DNA of 64,000 bases from Candidatus Bathyarchaeia archaeon (lineage in GTDB: Archaea; Thermoproteota; Bathyarchaeia; Bathyarchaeales; Bathycorpusculaceae): contig JBEKWR010000011.1 in NCBI GenBank assembly GCA_049512935.1, positions 1-64,000 of the forward strand, given 5' to 3'. The notes beneath the pieces are model-generated. The model saw only the letters and a program-made list of their open reading frames with translations, searched no databases and had not been told where the DNA came from. How positions within the stretch are numbered: position 1 is the first letter of the stretch; each line of letters opens with the position of its first letter. Below, piece after piece: positions 36,856-47,014 of this stretch. The position numbers and the translations under genes are program-made.

Positions 36856-38328
36856 TTAGTAGTCGAGGTACTTCATTATTTCCCACGGGGACACGTACAG
36901 GCAGTACTGGTTCCAGTCGTTGGTTTTGAGCTCTATGAAGGCTTCGAACACGTGGTCTCCGAGGGCTGCTTTGATGACGTCGTCGCTTTCCATCTCGTCC
37001 AACGCGCCTTTCAGCGTGGTCGGAAGCTCTTTTATGCCGAGTTCCTTGCGCTTCGCCTTGGTCAGTTTGTAGACGTCCTCGTCAACTGGGTCGCCTGGGT
37101 CAAGCTTCTTCTTCACGCCGTCCAAACCAGCCATCATGATGCAGCTGAAAGCCAAGTACGGGTTGCATGAGGGGTCGACGCCGCGGTATTCGACGCGTTT
37201 CTGCGCCTGGTGCGAGGGACCCTTGTAGTACATGGGTATGCGTGCGAGTGCGCTGCGGTTGGCTTTTGACCACATGACGTAAATCGGAGCCTCGAAGCCT
37301 GGAACAAGACGTTTGTAGCTGCTCACTGTTGGGCAGCACACTGCGGTTAAGGCTTTTGCGTGTGCAAGGACGCCGCCCACGTAGTACCTGCCAGTCTGGC
37401 TTAGCTCAGCATAGTCGTCTTTTGCGTCGTACATCGCGTTCTTGCCGTCTTTCCAGATGCTTGAGTGAACATGCATGCCGCTGGCGTTGTCAAGGTAAAT
37501 CGGCTTAGGCATGAACGTCGCGATCAACCCATGCTTCTTAGCGATGTTCTTGGCGACAAACTTGAAGAACAACGCGCGGTCAGCGGTTTCCAGCAGCTCA
37601 CCGTACTTGTAGTCGATTTCCACCTGTCCGACCGTGGCTACCTCGTGGTGATGCTTCTCAATCGTCAAGCCGAAGTTGTCCTCCAAAATCTGCGAAACCT
37701 CGTTACGGTAAGCCACCGTCGTGTCCTCGGGCGGGGTTCGATAGTATGCCTCTTTTGGTCTGAGGATGAAGCCGCCGGGCGTGATTTCGGGAGAGTTCGG
37801 AACAACACGTGGGGCACCCCATGCGTCTCCTTCGCCGCTTTTTGGGGCGGCCCAAAGGTCCCATGTCATTTTGGTTGGGTCAATTGAGGTGAAGACGAAG
37901 TGTTCAAGTTCAGGAGCGAAAATTCCAGTGTATCCCATGTCCTTGGCTGCTTTTATGGCTCTTTTCGCGACGTAGCCTCTTGGACACGTCACAGAGGGCT
38001 CTTTTGCGCCTGAAGCCTCCAACGCGTCGCCGAGCACTATCGCGCTTTTCTGAGCAGGTTCAGTTTCCCAGGGCATTACGGATAAGGTTTTGGCGTCAGG
38101 CATGAAGATCATGTCGGATTCTTCGATTGATTTGAAGCCGCGCACGGAGGACCCGTCGAAGCCAACGCCGTCTGTGAACGCTGAGCCGCTTACATATTCT
38201 CGGGCAGGCAAAACCATGTCTTGAAGGATGCCTCTTACATCGACGAATGCGCTGTGCACCCATCGAATATTATTTGATTTGAGGGTTTCAATTGCTTTCT
38301 TTACCTGTTCACTCATGACTTTCACCAT
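36856..38328 (-). CDS. glnA: Glutamine synthetase type I (beta-like, with insertion)
   Basis: FDGSS, HHHEVAT, NASGMH, RLVPGFEAP and NRSALARIP motifs. Confidence 0.95.
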   Translation of the reverse strand: MVKVMSEQVKKAIETLKSNNIRWVHSAFVDVRGILQDMVLPAREYVSGSAFTDGVGFDGSSVRGFKSIEESDMIFMPDAKTLSVMPWETEPAQKSAIVLGDALEASGAKEPSVTCPRGYVAKRAIKAAKDMGYTGIFAPELEHFVFTSIDPTKMTWDLWAAPKSGEGDAWGAPRVVPNSPEITPGGFILRPKEAYYRTPPEDTTVAYRNEVSQILEDNFGLTIEKHHHEVATVGQVEIDYKYGELLETADRALFFKFVAKNIAKKHGLIATFMPKPIYLDNASGMHVHSSIWKDGKNAMYDAKDDYAELSQTGRYYVGGVLAHAKALTAVCCPTVSSYKRLVPGFEAPIYVMWSKANRSALARIPMYYKGPSHQAQKRVEYRGVDPSCNPYLAFSCIMMAGLDGVKKKLDPGDPVDEDVYKLTKAKRKELGIKELPTTLKGALDEMESDDVIKAALGDHVFEAFIELKTNDWNQYCLYVSPWEIMKYLDY

Positions 38329-38512
38329 ACTAAATCATATGTTTTAGAATCCCTTTAAAACGTAAACATATATAAGTTTATCCCTGAAATGTTTGAATAA
38401 ACGTTCACCATGGAAAACTAAACGCGTGACCGTATGGTAATTCATAATTCTTAGGAATGGGTCATAAGATTGCATAACAAAAAAACGTTTTATTCTTCAC
38501 ATTTTCCGTTTC

Positions 38513-38971
38513 CTACGTTTCCCGCCGCAGAAAATCCCCAATATCAAGCACGTTCTTAACAGCCACCTTCTCTGCAGAACCGCCTAAGTCGCCAGTTATC
38601 CTCCCGAAGCCGAGGCATTCACCAAACTCATTCAGCACCAAGACAGCGTCGCCCTTCCGTTTGGACCCCATCGCCTTAGCTACGCCTGACCCGAAAACGT
38701 CTCTGCCGCAGATGAAAAGCCACGCAGCCTTCCCATTCAAGACCACCTTGTTTGCCGCCGCGTCAACAAGCATGTTAAGCAAGTTGAAGCTTGGAAAGAA
38801 AATTCCCTTCTTGACCTTGCCCAGGTACATGCCCGCACAGTAAAAGTTCGCAGGCATCCGCTTAAGCCGAGGATTAAGGAGGTAAAACCGCTGGTTTCTT
38901 TCAACAATGAATTCCGCGTTAAACTCTACCTTAGCGCCCACAGCGGAAGCGAAGGATTCGTACGGCTTCAA
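38513..38971 (-). CDS. Nip7/PUA-domain ribosome biogenesis protein
   Basis: AWLFICGRDVF and LDIGDFLRRE motifs. Confidence 0.8.
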   Translation of the reverse strand: MKPYESFASAVGAKVEFNAEFIVERNQRFYLLNPRLKRMPANFYCAGMYLGKVKKGIFFPSFNLLNMLVDAAANKVVLNGKAAWLFICGRDVFGSGVAKAMGSKRKGDAVLVLNEFGECLGFGRITGDLGGSAEKVAVKNVLDIGDFLRRET

Positions 38972-39855
38972 TGTTCAGCCTCCTTCTTGAGTTTGCAGAC
39001 AAAAAAGCCCTGCGTTTCACCAGGCCAAATTCTTCTGGAAAGGGCAACTTGAGCGTCAAGTTTTTTGCCAAACACGTCAGTCAACCCGTTTGCGCCTAAG
39101 CAGTCAACCTTCTGAATCTGAAGCCCCAGGTTTTTGATTGCCCAATCCATGTTTAACTCGTCCTCTTCGGGCTCAAGGGAACAGGTGGAATAGACTATTT
39201 CGCCGCTGTCCGTTAAGCACGCTGCTGCTTCCTTCAAGATTGCTCTCTGCACGTTCGCGTTCCGTTCAACGTCATCAATGGTTCTTCGGTAAAACCAATC
39301 CTTGTCACCTGCAAAGTTACCCGAGCAGGGAACGTCAAGCAGTATGCGGTCGAACTTTCGGTTAAGCATCCCAGCTTGACGCGCATCAACATTGTAAACG
39401 ATTGTGTTGCTGACATGGCAGCGTTCCAGCTGGTTAGCCATCACGTTAAGCCTCTGCTTATTTGTGTCTAACGCGGTTATGACGCCGCTGTTTCCCATGA
39501 CGTCAGCAAGCTGAACCGTTTTGCCCCCGGGCGCAGCGCAGGCATCAAGCACGGTTTTGCCGCTCAGGGCAGAAAAAAGCGTGGCGGGGATTTGCGCGGC
39601 TGCTTCCTGGATAGAGTACAGCCCGAGCAGGTATTCTGCTGTAGCGCCGACGGAAACTTTGGTTTTGCCGACCCAGTACCCCGCAGGCAAAAAAGGGATT
39701 TTCTCAAGTTCAACGCCTAAGCCATATAGCCGTTCTGGAAGGTTTTTTCCTTTACCGCTAGCTTGGTTTATTCGGATTGACTGCTTCAGGTTGACTTCCC
39801 TAAAGGTCCAGCCGAGCCGTGCGTAGCGGTCTAGGAAAAACTGTTTAGCTGACAT
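38968..39855 (-). CDS. NOL1/NOP2/Sun RNA m5C methyltransferase
   Basis: DACAAPGGKT, LDVPCSG and YSTCS motifs; likely start MSAKQ at 39855. Confidence 0.92.
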   Translation of the reverse strand: MSAKQFFLDRYARLGWTFREVNLKQSIRINQASGKGKNLPERLYGLGVELEKIPFLPAGYWVGKTKVSVGATAEYLLGLYSIQEAAAQIPATLFSALSGKTVLDACAAPGGKTVQLADVMGNSGVITALDTNKQRLNVMANQLERCHVSNTIVYNVDARQAGMLNRKFDRILLDVPCSGNFAGDKDWFYRRTIDDVERNANVQRAILKEAAACLTDSGEIVYSTCSLEPEEDELNMDWAIKNLGLQIQKVDCLGANGLTDVFGKKLDAQVALSRRIWPGETQGFFVCKLKKEAEH

Positions 39856-40122
39856 CACCTCTACATTGCAAGGAGCAAATAAAAACTTTGCAGCAGCACC
39901 AACGCCTTCATCCCTATAGTTTCCAAAGCAATGATAACAGAAATAGCCAATAACTAACCTGTAAGCTATAACGCAATACATTGCAAGCTTATGAGAAAGA
40001 AAATTCCGCCAAGATTCAAAAAGCTAAGAAGATATGAAAACATTTGGAAATATCGTATTAGGAGCAGAAGAGAGTTTTGAAAAACTTTTGCTATCTTAGT
40101 CTTCTTCTAAGTGCCCTCTTAA

Positions 40123-40278
40123 TTATTGCCACTGTGGTAAAAACTCGACTCTACTTTTAAGGTAGCATGCTTGATAGATGCCTTTGTGGGAGTCTATCCT
40201 GTGTACTCTTAGTTGCTCTGGATTACTACATATTTTATCGCAAATTGGACATTTAAGCAGGAGCAATAGTTTCTGCAA
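40123..40278 (-). CDS. Small C2H2 zinc-finger protein (51 aa, not in ORF track)
   Basis: Manual translation from TTG gives LKCPICDKICSNPEQLRVHRIDSH (C-x2-C-x12-H-x4-H). Confidence 0.55.
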   Translation of the reverse strand: MQKLLLLLKCPICDKICSNPEQLRVHRIDSHKGIYQACYLKSRVEFLPQWQ

Positions 40279-40388
40279 ATCAAAAACCTAACCTGCAGGT
40301 ATAAGTTGATTAACTATAATAAGCAATGTGAATGTAACCCTACAGCAACAACAAGCATAGCGCTTGTCACTTTCACTTCACTTCTCAC

Positions 40389-40414
40389 CTCTATGTTATG
40401 CAGATTTAAGACTT
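40389..40414. repeat. Solitary copy of the cassette motif
   Basis: ctctatgttatgCAGATTTAAGACTT, exact 14-bp core at 40401-40414. Confidence 0.7.
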
Positions 40415-40783
40415 TCATTAGGAGGCTGGCGCTTTACTCGCCCATTTTTTGGTGTAGAGCATCGATAAGGGTGTGGAGTATTGTAGCGGGTTATCTTGGG
40501 CGGTTTTCGATGTGGGGTTCTGCTGCGGCCGCTGTTTCCATGTTTAGCCTGTGATGCATCTTGGTTTTTCCACTTGGTTCGCCTGCTTTCGAGCGCTCAG
40601 CTTTCCGTTTAATGCTCGAACCCTCGGGTGGTTAATGGCAGGAGCATCGAAGAAAAGCAGAACACCTGTACTATCCCAAATAATGGAGGGTCATAGTTTA
40701 GGTATCACTCGTGAACACTTTGCACGTGCACTGCGCTGATTCAATTTTTATATTTGAAAACTAACTTGTAACAGGGGAAGCAG

Positions 40784-41878
40784 TTGAAGAATCCCGCCGC
40801 TTATTCATTCGAAACAGTTTTGGAAAAAGAGGGGAAGGCTCGGGAGGTTATAGAGGGGTGTAGAACGGAGAACGGCTTCAACGCCAGTACGCAACTCTAT
40901 CACCAGCTTTGGCTAAGGGACCTTGTCTACTCTGAAGATGTCCTGCTAAGACTTGGATACCACAAGGATGTCGAAAATCACTTGTCCGAATTCATAAAGT
41001 TGCAGCGCAGAAGTGGGCAGATGCCGACTGTGATTGATTTTAGCGTCAGCAAATTGATTCGTCAAAGGTTTCAGCGCTGCTCATCTGATGCAGAAATTTT
41101 GTTTGTTATAGGGATGCACAAGTACGCTACCAGTGGAGGGAGCAGGTTTTTCGAAGAAAATGGGGAAGCTGTGAAATCGTGCGTTGCATTCCTCGAGAGC
41201 AAACTGGAGGCGAACAGGCTTATTCCCGGCATGGATTGGAGGGATGCAATGCCAGTTTACATTGACAAGTGCCTTCTTGCTAACCAGATGCTTCTAGCGG
41301 ACATGTACGAGTTGCTTGGGAACTCCACGGCGTCGAACTTGGTCAAGGAAAACGTGAACAGGCTCTTTTATTTGGGGGATTTGGGGTGGTATGCAGACGC
41401 CGTCAGTTGGGAGGGCAGTGAACTGAAGCAGAATCATCACTTTGACAGCCTCGGAAACGCCTTAGCCGTCCTTAATGGAACTGCTTCGGGAAAAGCCCGC
41501 GACGGTTTTCTCAGAGGCTTTGATGTTGCAAAAACACCTTTCGGCTACAGAAACATCACGCCGTACTACGAATTCGACAGGGAAAAGGCGTTGGCAACGT
41601 GGTATAGGGCATGTCGGGTGCCGTTCGGGGTGTTTCTCAGGAACAGGCCGGGCAAATACCAGAACTCTGCGATATGGTCTTTTGTCGAGGTAAGAGTGAT
41701 TGAGGCACTAAGAAAACTGAAAGCCGACAGCGAAGCCCAAGCAGCAATCAGCCTGCTCCTTGAGCGCAAAGGCTTCAGCGAGTTCTACGATCCAACAACT
41801 GGAGCGCCAGAAGGAAGCGGGGGACAGCTTTGGACAGCAGCGGCAACGCTTTCAGCAATTAATCATTGCAAGCCTTGA
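40784..41878 (+). CDS. (alpha/alpha)6 glycoside hydrolase (debranching-enzyme/GH100-like)
   Basis: WLRD, YQNSAIW, EFYDPTTG and QLWTAA motifs. Confidence 0.75.
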   Translation: MKNPAAYSFETVLEKEGKAREVIEGCRTENGFNASTQLYHQLWLRDLVYSEDVLLRLGYHKDVENHLSEFIKLQRRSGQMPTVIDFSVSKLIRQRFQRCSSDAEILFVIGMHKYATSGGSRFFEENGEAVKSCVAFLESKLEANRLIPGMDWRDAMPVYIDKCLLANQMLLADMYELLGNSTASNLVKENVNRLFYLGDLGWYADAVSWEGSELKQNHHFDSLGNALAVLNGTASGKARDGFLRGFDVAKTPFGYRNITPYYEFDREKALATWYRACRVPFGVFLRNRPGKYQNSAIWSFVEVRVIEALRKLKADSEAQAAISLLLERKGFSEFYDPTTGAPEGSGGQLWTAAATLSAINHCKP

Positions 41879-42329
41879 AAACCAAAACCCAAGCAAACCC
41901 TGAACCAAAGCTCATGCGGAAACCCGCCCGTAACCGACAATAACGTCAACATGGAGTCAACATTGAAAGTCGCATCCCGCCCATAGCAAAGTCGCAACGC
42001 GCAAACGTCTTCAAGCCCCAAACCAAAAAAGCAACACGGAACGCAAAGCGCCAAGGAGGAATGTCGCAACTTTCCCGCAGGCAAAAGTCGCAACTTAAAA
42101 ATTTAAACCAAAATCGACCCTGAAAGAACCCAAAAAACGGCGAAGACCAATCAGAAAACAGGAATCGTAGGCGCCAAATTTTTTCGGGAAAGCTTGCCAT
42201 AAAGCTTAATAGGCTTCAATTCACTTTCCATGTCAGCTTACCAATTCCGAGAGTTATTAAAATGCCGAATAAACAGAAAAATCAACCAGTAAAAGTTACA
42301 TATTCACGCAAAACGGAGAGCGCATAGTT

Positions 42330-44546
42330 ATGGCGCGTTACAGGCAAACAGAAGAAATCGTCAAGCTGATGGAAACCCCAACTTTCATACGCAACACCAG
42401 CATCATCGCACACGTAGACCACGGAAAAACCACCCTGTCAGACAGCCTACTAGCGGCAGCAGGAATCATCAGCACGCAAACCGCCGGGCAAAAACTGTTC
42501 CTTGACTCATGGGATCTGGAGCAGAAACGCCAAATGACCGTTTTCGCCTCAAACGTCAGCCTAGTCCACACGTACCAAGGCCAAGATTACCTCATCAACC
42601 TCATCGACACGCCTGGACACATCGACTTTTCAGGCGCAGTCACCAGAAGCCTAAGAGCAGTAGACGGCGCACTTGTGGTTGTAGACGCCGTTGAAGGACC
42701 CATGACCCAGACAGAAACCGTTCTCATGCAAGCCCTAAGAGAACGCGTCAAACCGATCCTATTCATCAACAAGGTTGACCGATTAATCAAGGAAATCAAG
42801 CTTTCGCCAGTGGAGATTCAACGCAAGTTCGCGAAGATTCTTCTAAGAGTCAACAACCTCATCGAAAAATACGCGCCTGCCGAACACAAGAAAGACTGGC
42901 AGGTCACGGTGGAAGATGGCCGCGTGGCTTTCGGTTCAGCCCTTCATAAGTGGGGCTTAAACATTGACCACATGAAACTAAAGAAAGTCACCTTCCAAGA
43001 CATCATCGACGCGTACACAGGCGACCCAATAGACGTCGGAAGGAAAGTTGACGAACTCAGCAAAAGAGCGCCCCTGCCAGAACCCATCCTAGACATGTTC
43101 TGCAAGCATCTGCCTAATCCTTATCAAGCGCAGCCTTACAGGCAGCCGCAGATTTGGCCAGGAGACGTGAACAGCCCGACAGGTGTCGGCATGGCAAAAG
43201 TTGACCCGAACGCGCCTCTGCTTATGTGCATATCCACCATCGAGGTTGACCCACACAGCGGAACGGTCGCAATCGGCAGAATTTTCAGCGGTTCAATTGA
43301 GCGAGGCAAAGTAGTTCAGCTTGTCAGCAGCAACCAGAAAGGCACGATTCAGCAGGTTTTCATGAGTATGGCGACGGACCGAGTTATCATTGACCGTGTT
43401 CCAGCAGGCAACATTGGAGCCATCGCCGGGTTGCCGTCGATTCACGTTGGTGAAACCATTGCTGAGGAAGGCATTGAGGTTCACTCGTTTGAAGGTTTAA
43501 GGTACGTTTCGGACCCAGTCGTTACCGTTGCGGTTGAGCCTGAAGACGTCAAAGACTTGCCGTTGTTCGATAAAGTCATGCATAAGTTGACAACTGAAGA
43601 CCCTAACTTGCACTTCATCATGAACAAGGAAAGCGGCGAGTTCCTGCTTTCAGGCATGGGTGAGCTTCACCTTGAAATCACGGCTTACCGCATGCAGGAG
43701 GCTGGCCTAAAAGTGAAGCTTAGCAAGCCTATCGTCATCTACAGGGAAACCATAAGCCACGATTACCGCGGTCCACCGATCATGGGTAAGAGCCCCAACA
43801 AGCATAACAAGCTGTGGATAACGATCGAGAAGCTGTCTGACGAAGTGATTGAAGCCATAAAGTCTGACAAGATCAATGACATGCAGAGCAAAGATGAGCG
43901 GACTAAGATTCTGCGTTCGATGGGTTGGGAAGCGGATGAGGCTAAGGGCGCGGTTGCTGTTGAAGAAAACTGTATTCTTTGCAATCGTATTAGGGGACGG
44001 CAATACGTGGAGGAAGTTTTAGATCACATTAAATCGGGGTTCCGCGAGGCAGTGCACACTTCGCCTTTAGCTAAGGAACCCGCGTACGGCCTCAAAATCA
44101 ACCTTGAAGACATCGTATTGCACGAAGACCCAGTTCACAGGGGTCCTGCTCAGGCTATCCCGATGACTTGGAGACCGATATACTGCGCTATTCTGCTCAG
44201 CGACCCGAAGCTTTTGGAGCCGCTTATGAGTTTTGAATGCAAAGTTCCAAGCGAATTCGTCAGCGCCGTAATCACGCTGCTGAACAAACGCCGAGGCAAA
44301 ATCCTTGACATGCCATCCGAAGAAGACATGATCACCGTTAAAGCTGAAATGCCGGTTTCCGAGAGCTTCGGCATAGCTGATGAATTGCGCGGTTCAACTT
44401 CAGGCAGAGCTTTCTGGGCGACGCAGTTTAGCCGTTGGGCGCCCGTTCCCGAGCAGTTGCAGGCTGAAACCATCAAGAAGATCCGTGAACGCAGAGGATT
44501 ACCGCCGATCCCGCCGAAACCAGAAGAATACTTCGAATCGGAGTAA
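42330..44546 (+). CDS. fusA: Archaeal translation elongation factor 2
   Basis: AHVDHGKTT, DTPGH, NKVD, GMGELH and HEDPVHRG motifs. Confidence 0.95.
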   Translation: MARYRQTEEIVKLMETPTFIRNTSIIAHVDHGKTTLSDSLLAAAGIISTQTAGQKLFLDSWDLEQKRQMTVFASNVSLVHTYQGQDYLINLIDTPGHIDFSGAVTRSLRAVDGALVVVDAVEGPMTQTETVLMQALRERVKPILFINKVDRLIKEIKLSPVEIQRKFAKILLRVNNLIEKYAPAEHKKDWQVTVEDGRVAFGSALHKWGLNIDHMKLKKVTFQDIIDAYTGDPIDVGRKVDELSKRAPLPEPILDMFCKHLPNPYQAQPYRQPQIWPGDVNSPTGVGMAKVDPNAPLLMCISTIEVDPHSGTVAIGRIFSGSIERGKVVQLVSSNQKGTIQQVFMSMATDRVIIDRVPAGNIGAIAGLPSIHVGETIAEEGIEVHSFEGLRYVSDPVVTVAVEPEDVKDLPLFDKVMHKLTTEDPNLHFIMNKESGEFLLSGMGELHLEITAYRMQEAGLKVKLSKPIVIYRETISHDYRGPPIMGKSPNKHNKLWITIEKLSDEVIEAIKSDKINDMQSKDERTKILRSMGWEADEAKGAVAVEENCILCNRIRGRQYVEEVLDHIKSGFREAVHTSPLAKEPAYGLKINLEDIVLHEDPVHRGPAQAIPMTWRPIYCAILLSDPKLLEPLMSFECKVPSEFVSAVITLLNKRRGKILDMPSEEDMITVKAEMPVSESFGIADELRGSTSGRAFWATQFSRWAPVPEQLQAETIKKIRERRGLPPIPPKPEEYFESE

Positions 44547-44575
44547 ACCGCTCCCCCTTTCCTTTTTTCAGTCTT

Positions 44576-44826
44576 GCTTTTTGTGATGGTTTTTTGTCAC
44601 AAATAGTAGAGACCCCTATAGGGTCGTAATCTGTCAACATACGTCATTTTAGTGATGGAATTCAACCACAAATACTAGACCCCCTCCCCTCTCCTTGTCA
44701 GATAGGTCAGGGCTTGTTTCAGGTTCGCTTTTTGGTTTAGAGCTCAAATTAAGCTCTAAAGAATTTTTTTTCCTGTGCGGAAACAACGAACTACCTGAAA
44801 AAGCAGGTTTAATCCATTGATACCTG
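44576..44826 (+). repeat. Dispersed structured repeat, copy B (downstream of EF-2)
   Basis: Matches the reverse complement of 36594-36777, with a longer internal segment. Confidence 0.85.
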
Positions 44827-45048
44827 TTTTCAGACGCTCCGCCAAGCGGCAGCTCGCTTCAAGCAGAGATGTTTTGGGTTGCCTCTATGGTTTAGAGTCT
44901 GAATCAGTCTCAGCTTACTCTGTCTTGTGCGATTCTTGGCATATGAAGAGCCGGAAACAGGTACCGCCAACTTTTACGTCGTTGACGGGGAGGCGTTCGG
45001 CTCGCGGTCGGGGTAAGGCTTTAAAGCTGAAAAGCGGTTAAACCTGAT

Positions 45049-45654
45049 GTGACATTTATGATACTTGGAGTCTGCGGCAGCCCGAGAGAACAAGCCACCG
45101 AGTACGTGTTAAACGAAGCCCTGCGGATGCTCAGCGAGAAAGGGTTCGAAACCCAGTTTTGGACGGTGCGGGGAAAATGGGTTGACTTCTGCGAGCACTG
45201 CGACTACTGCCTCCAGAACAAGGAGTGCGTTATCCAAGACGACGTGCAAGAGCTCTACGCGTTGCTCACCGAGGCGAAGGGAATCATTTTTGCGTCGCCC
45301 GTGTACAATGGCGGAGTCAGCGCCCAAATCAAAGCGTTGATGGACAGGACACGCGCGCTGGTCGCGGAGGACAAAGATGTTTTCAAAGGCAAAATCGGGA
45401 TGGCCATCGCGGTAGGCGGAGACAGGAACGGCGGACAAGAGTTTGCGCTCATGCAGATCCACTCGTTCTTCATCATCAACGGCATGGTTCCTGTAGGCGG
45501 CGGATTCTTCGGCGCCAACTTGGGAGCGACCTTCTGGAGCAGAGACACGCTAGACGGGGTCAAGGCGGATGAGGAGGGCTTCAGAAGCTTGAAGAAAACC
45601 GTTAAAAAGTTTGCAGCCGTCATGGAAGAGGCTGGGGAAAAGCCAAAGAGTTGA
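45049..45654 (+). CDS. Iron-sulfur flavoprotein (Isf/flavodoxin family)
   Basis: GSPR, CEHCDYC-x5-C, SPVY and GGDRNGGQE motifs. Confidence 0.9.
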   Translation: MTFMILGVCGSPREQATEYVLNEALRMLSEKGFETQFWTVRGKWVDFCEHCDYCLQNKECVIQDDVQELYALLTEAKGIIFASPVYNGGVSAQIKALMDRTRALVAEDKDVFKGKIGMAIAVGGDRNGGQEFALMQIHSFFIINGMVPVGGGFFGANLGATFWSRDTLDGVKADEEGFRSLKKTVKKFAAVMEEAGEKPKS

Positions 45655-46247
45655 TTGTCATGGGTGAAAGCGTTAAGGTTAAGAAACTTAAGGTTGCTTG
45701 GGGAATAACTGGGGCTGGGGACAAAATCGCTGAAATCGTCGAAGTCATGAAGGATCTCAAGAAGCAATCGGAGGACAAGGTGGAGATTGACGTGTACATC
45801 TCCAAAGCCGCAGACACCATGCTCAAATTCTACAGGCTAGACGGGGAAATCAAAAAGAACTTCCCGAAAGTCATGGTTGAAATCAACGCCAACTCACCTT
45901 TTCTTGCCGCGTGGATGCAAAGCGGCAAATACGAGTTCCTGCTAATTGCGCCTTGTTCATCAAACTCAGTTGCCAAAATCGTTAACAGCATAAGCGACAC
46001 TATGCTAACCAACGCCGCGCTCATGGCGCTCAAAGCGTTTCAGCACGTGTGGATTCTGCCGACGGATTACCGCGAAAGCGTCGTGTCCACGTTGCTGCCT
46101 AACGGGAAAGAAATGAAGCTGCGGGTACGCAAAGAAGAGGCCGACCAAGTGCGGAAACTGGAAGCCACCGAAGACGTAACCGTGTTCGCTAATCCACAGA
46201 AAATGAAAGAACATTTCTTGGAATGGCTAAAGACCATAAAAAACTAG
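45651..46247 (+). CDS. afpA: Archaeoflavoprotein AfpA
   Basis: AWGITGAG, APCSSNSVAKI and LPTD motifs. Confidence 0.85.
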   Translation: MIVMGESVKVKKLKVAWGITGAGDKIAEIVEVMKDLKKQSEDKVEIDVYISKAADTMLKFYRLDGEIKKNFPKVMVEINANSPFLAAWMQSGKYEFLLIAPCSSNSVAKIVNSISDTMLTNAALMALKAFQHVWILPTDYRESVVSTLLPNGKEMKLRVRKEEADQVRKLEATEDVTVFANPQKMKEHFLEWLKTIKN

Positions 46248-46315
46248 CTGCTAGCTGCACAACGAAATTGCCTCGTCTTTCATCATTTGCGGTTGACAGG
46301 TCAGTTTCCATTTCT

Positions 46316-47014
46316 TCATTGATTGATTTCGTAGGGTCGAGCGCGCATCTTGTCTTTTGCATTGTTTTCTTTCGCTTGCTTATCCCATTCTCTGTTTCCG
46401 AATAGGCTTGACATGGCCTTTGCGACGAAAAGCGGGAGGAAAAGGGCGGAAACTAAAGCTTCGGCTTCTTGTGATATGGGTTGACCAGTTGCGAGGTTGG
46501 CAGCCGCTAACGAAAGTCCCTTCGTAAGTTTTCGAGTCATGCCCCTCTTTTCGTTCAGCGGTTCACTGTTCAGAGCCATGCCCCAGCCGACTCGGATTTC
46601 TCCGCCCCACCTGAAATTTGACGCGTCAGCAAAATTTCGAATGATTTTAAACGCGATATCCATGTGCTCCTTTTCGGGGAAGCCGCAGTTCATAACTGCA
46701 ACAAGCATCTGCGGTTTCGTCGGCGCGACGGCTTTTCGATGTTCATGAATCAGCTCCAACGCTCTGATGGTTGGCGAGGGGAAACTGTCAACGTACAATG
46801 GCGTAGCTAAGACCACTATGTCAGCGTTGTCAACGGACTTCAATAGCTTTTCTGTGCCGTCGCGCGTGTAAACTGAGCGAATAGCAAACGCTTCTTCGGA
46901 AACCAAACCTTTCTGCTCCAATTTGTCAACCAAGAATTTTCCAATTACACGCGAGTTGCTTTTGTCGCCTCTCGGGCTCCCATTCAAAAGCAGAACGTTT
47001 CTCGGTTGGCTCAT
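46316..47014 (-). CDS. Flavodoxin-like NAD(P)H-dependent oxidoreductase
   Basis: NGSPR, PLYVDS and NCGFPE motifs. Confidence 0.85.
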   Translation of the reverse strand: MSQPRNVLLLNGSPRGDKSNSRVIGKFLVDKLEQKGLVSEEAFAIRSVYTRDGTEKLLKSVDNADIVVLATPLYVDSFPSPTIRALELIHEHRKAVAPTKPQMLVAVMNCGFPEKEHMDIAFKIIRNFADASNFRWGGEIRVGWGMALNSEPLNEKRGMTRKLTKGLSLAAANLATGQPISQEAEALVSALFLPLFVAKAMSSLFGNREWDKQAKENNAKDKMRARPYEINQ

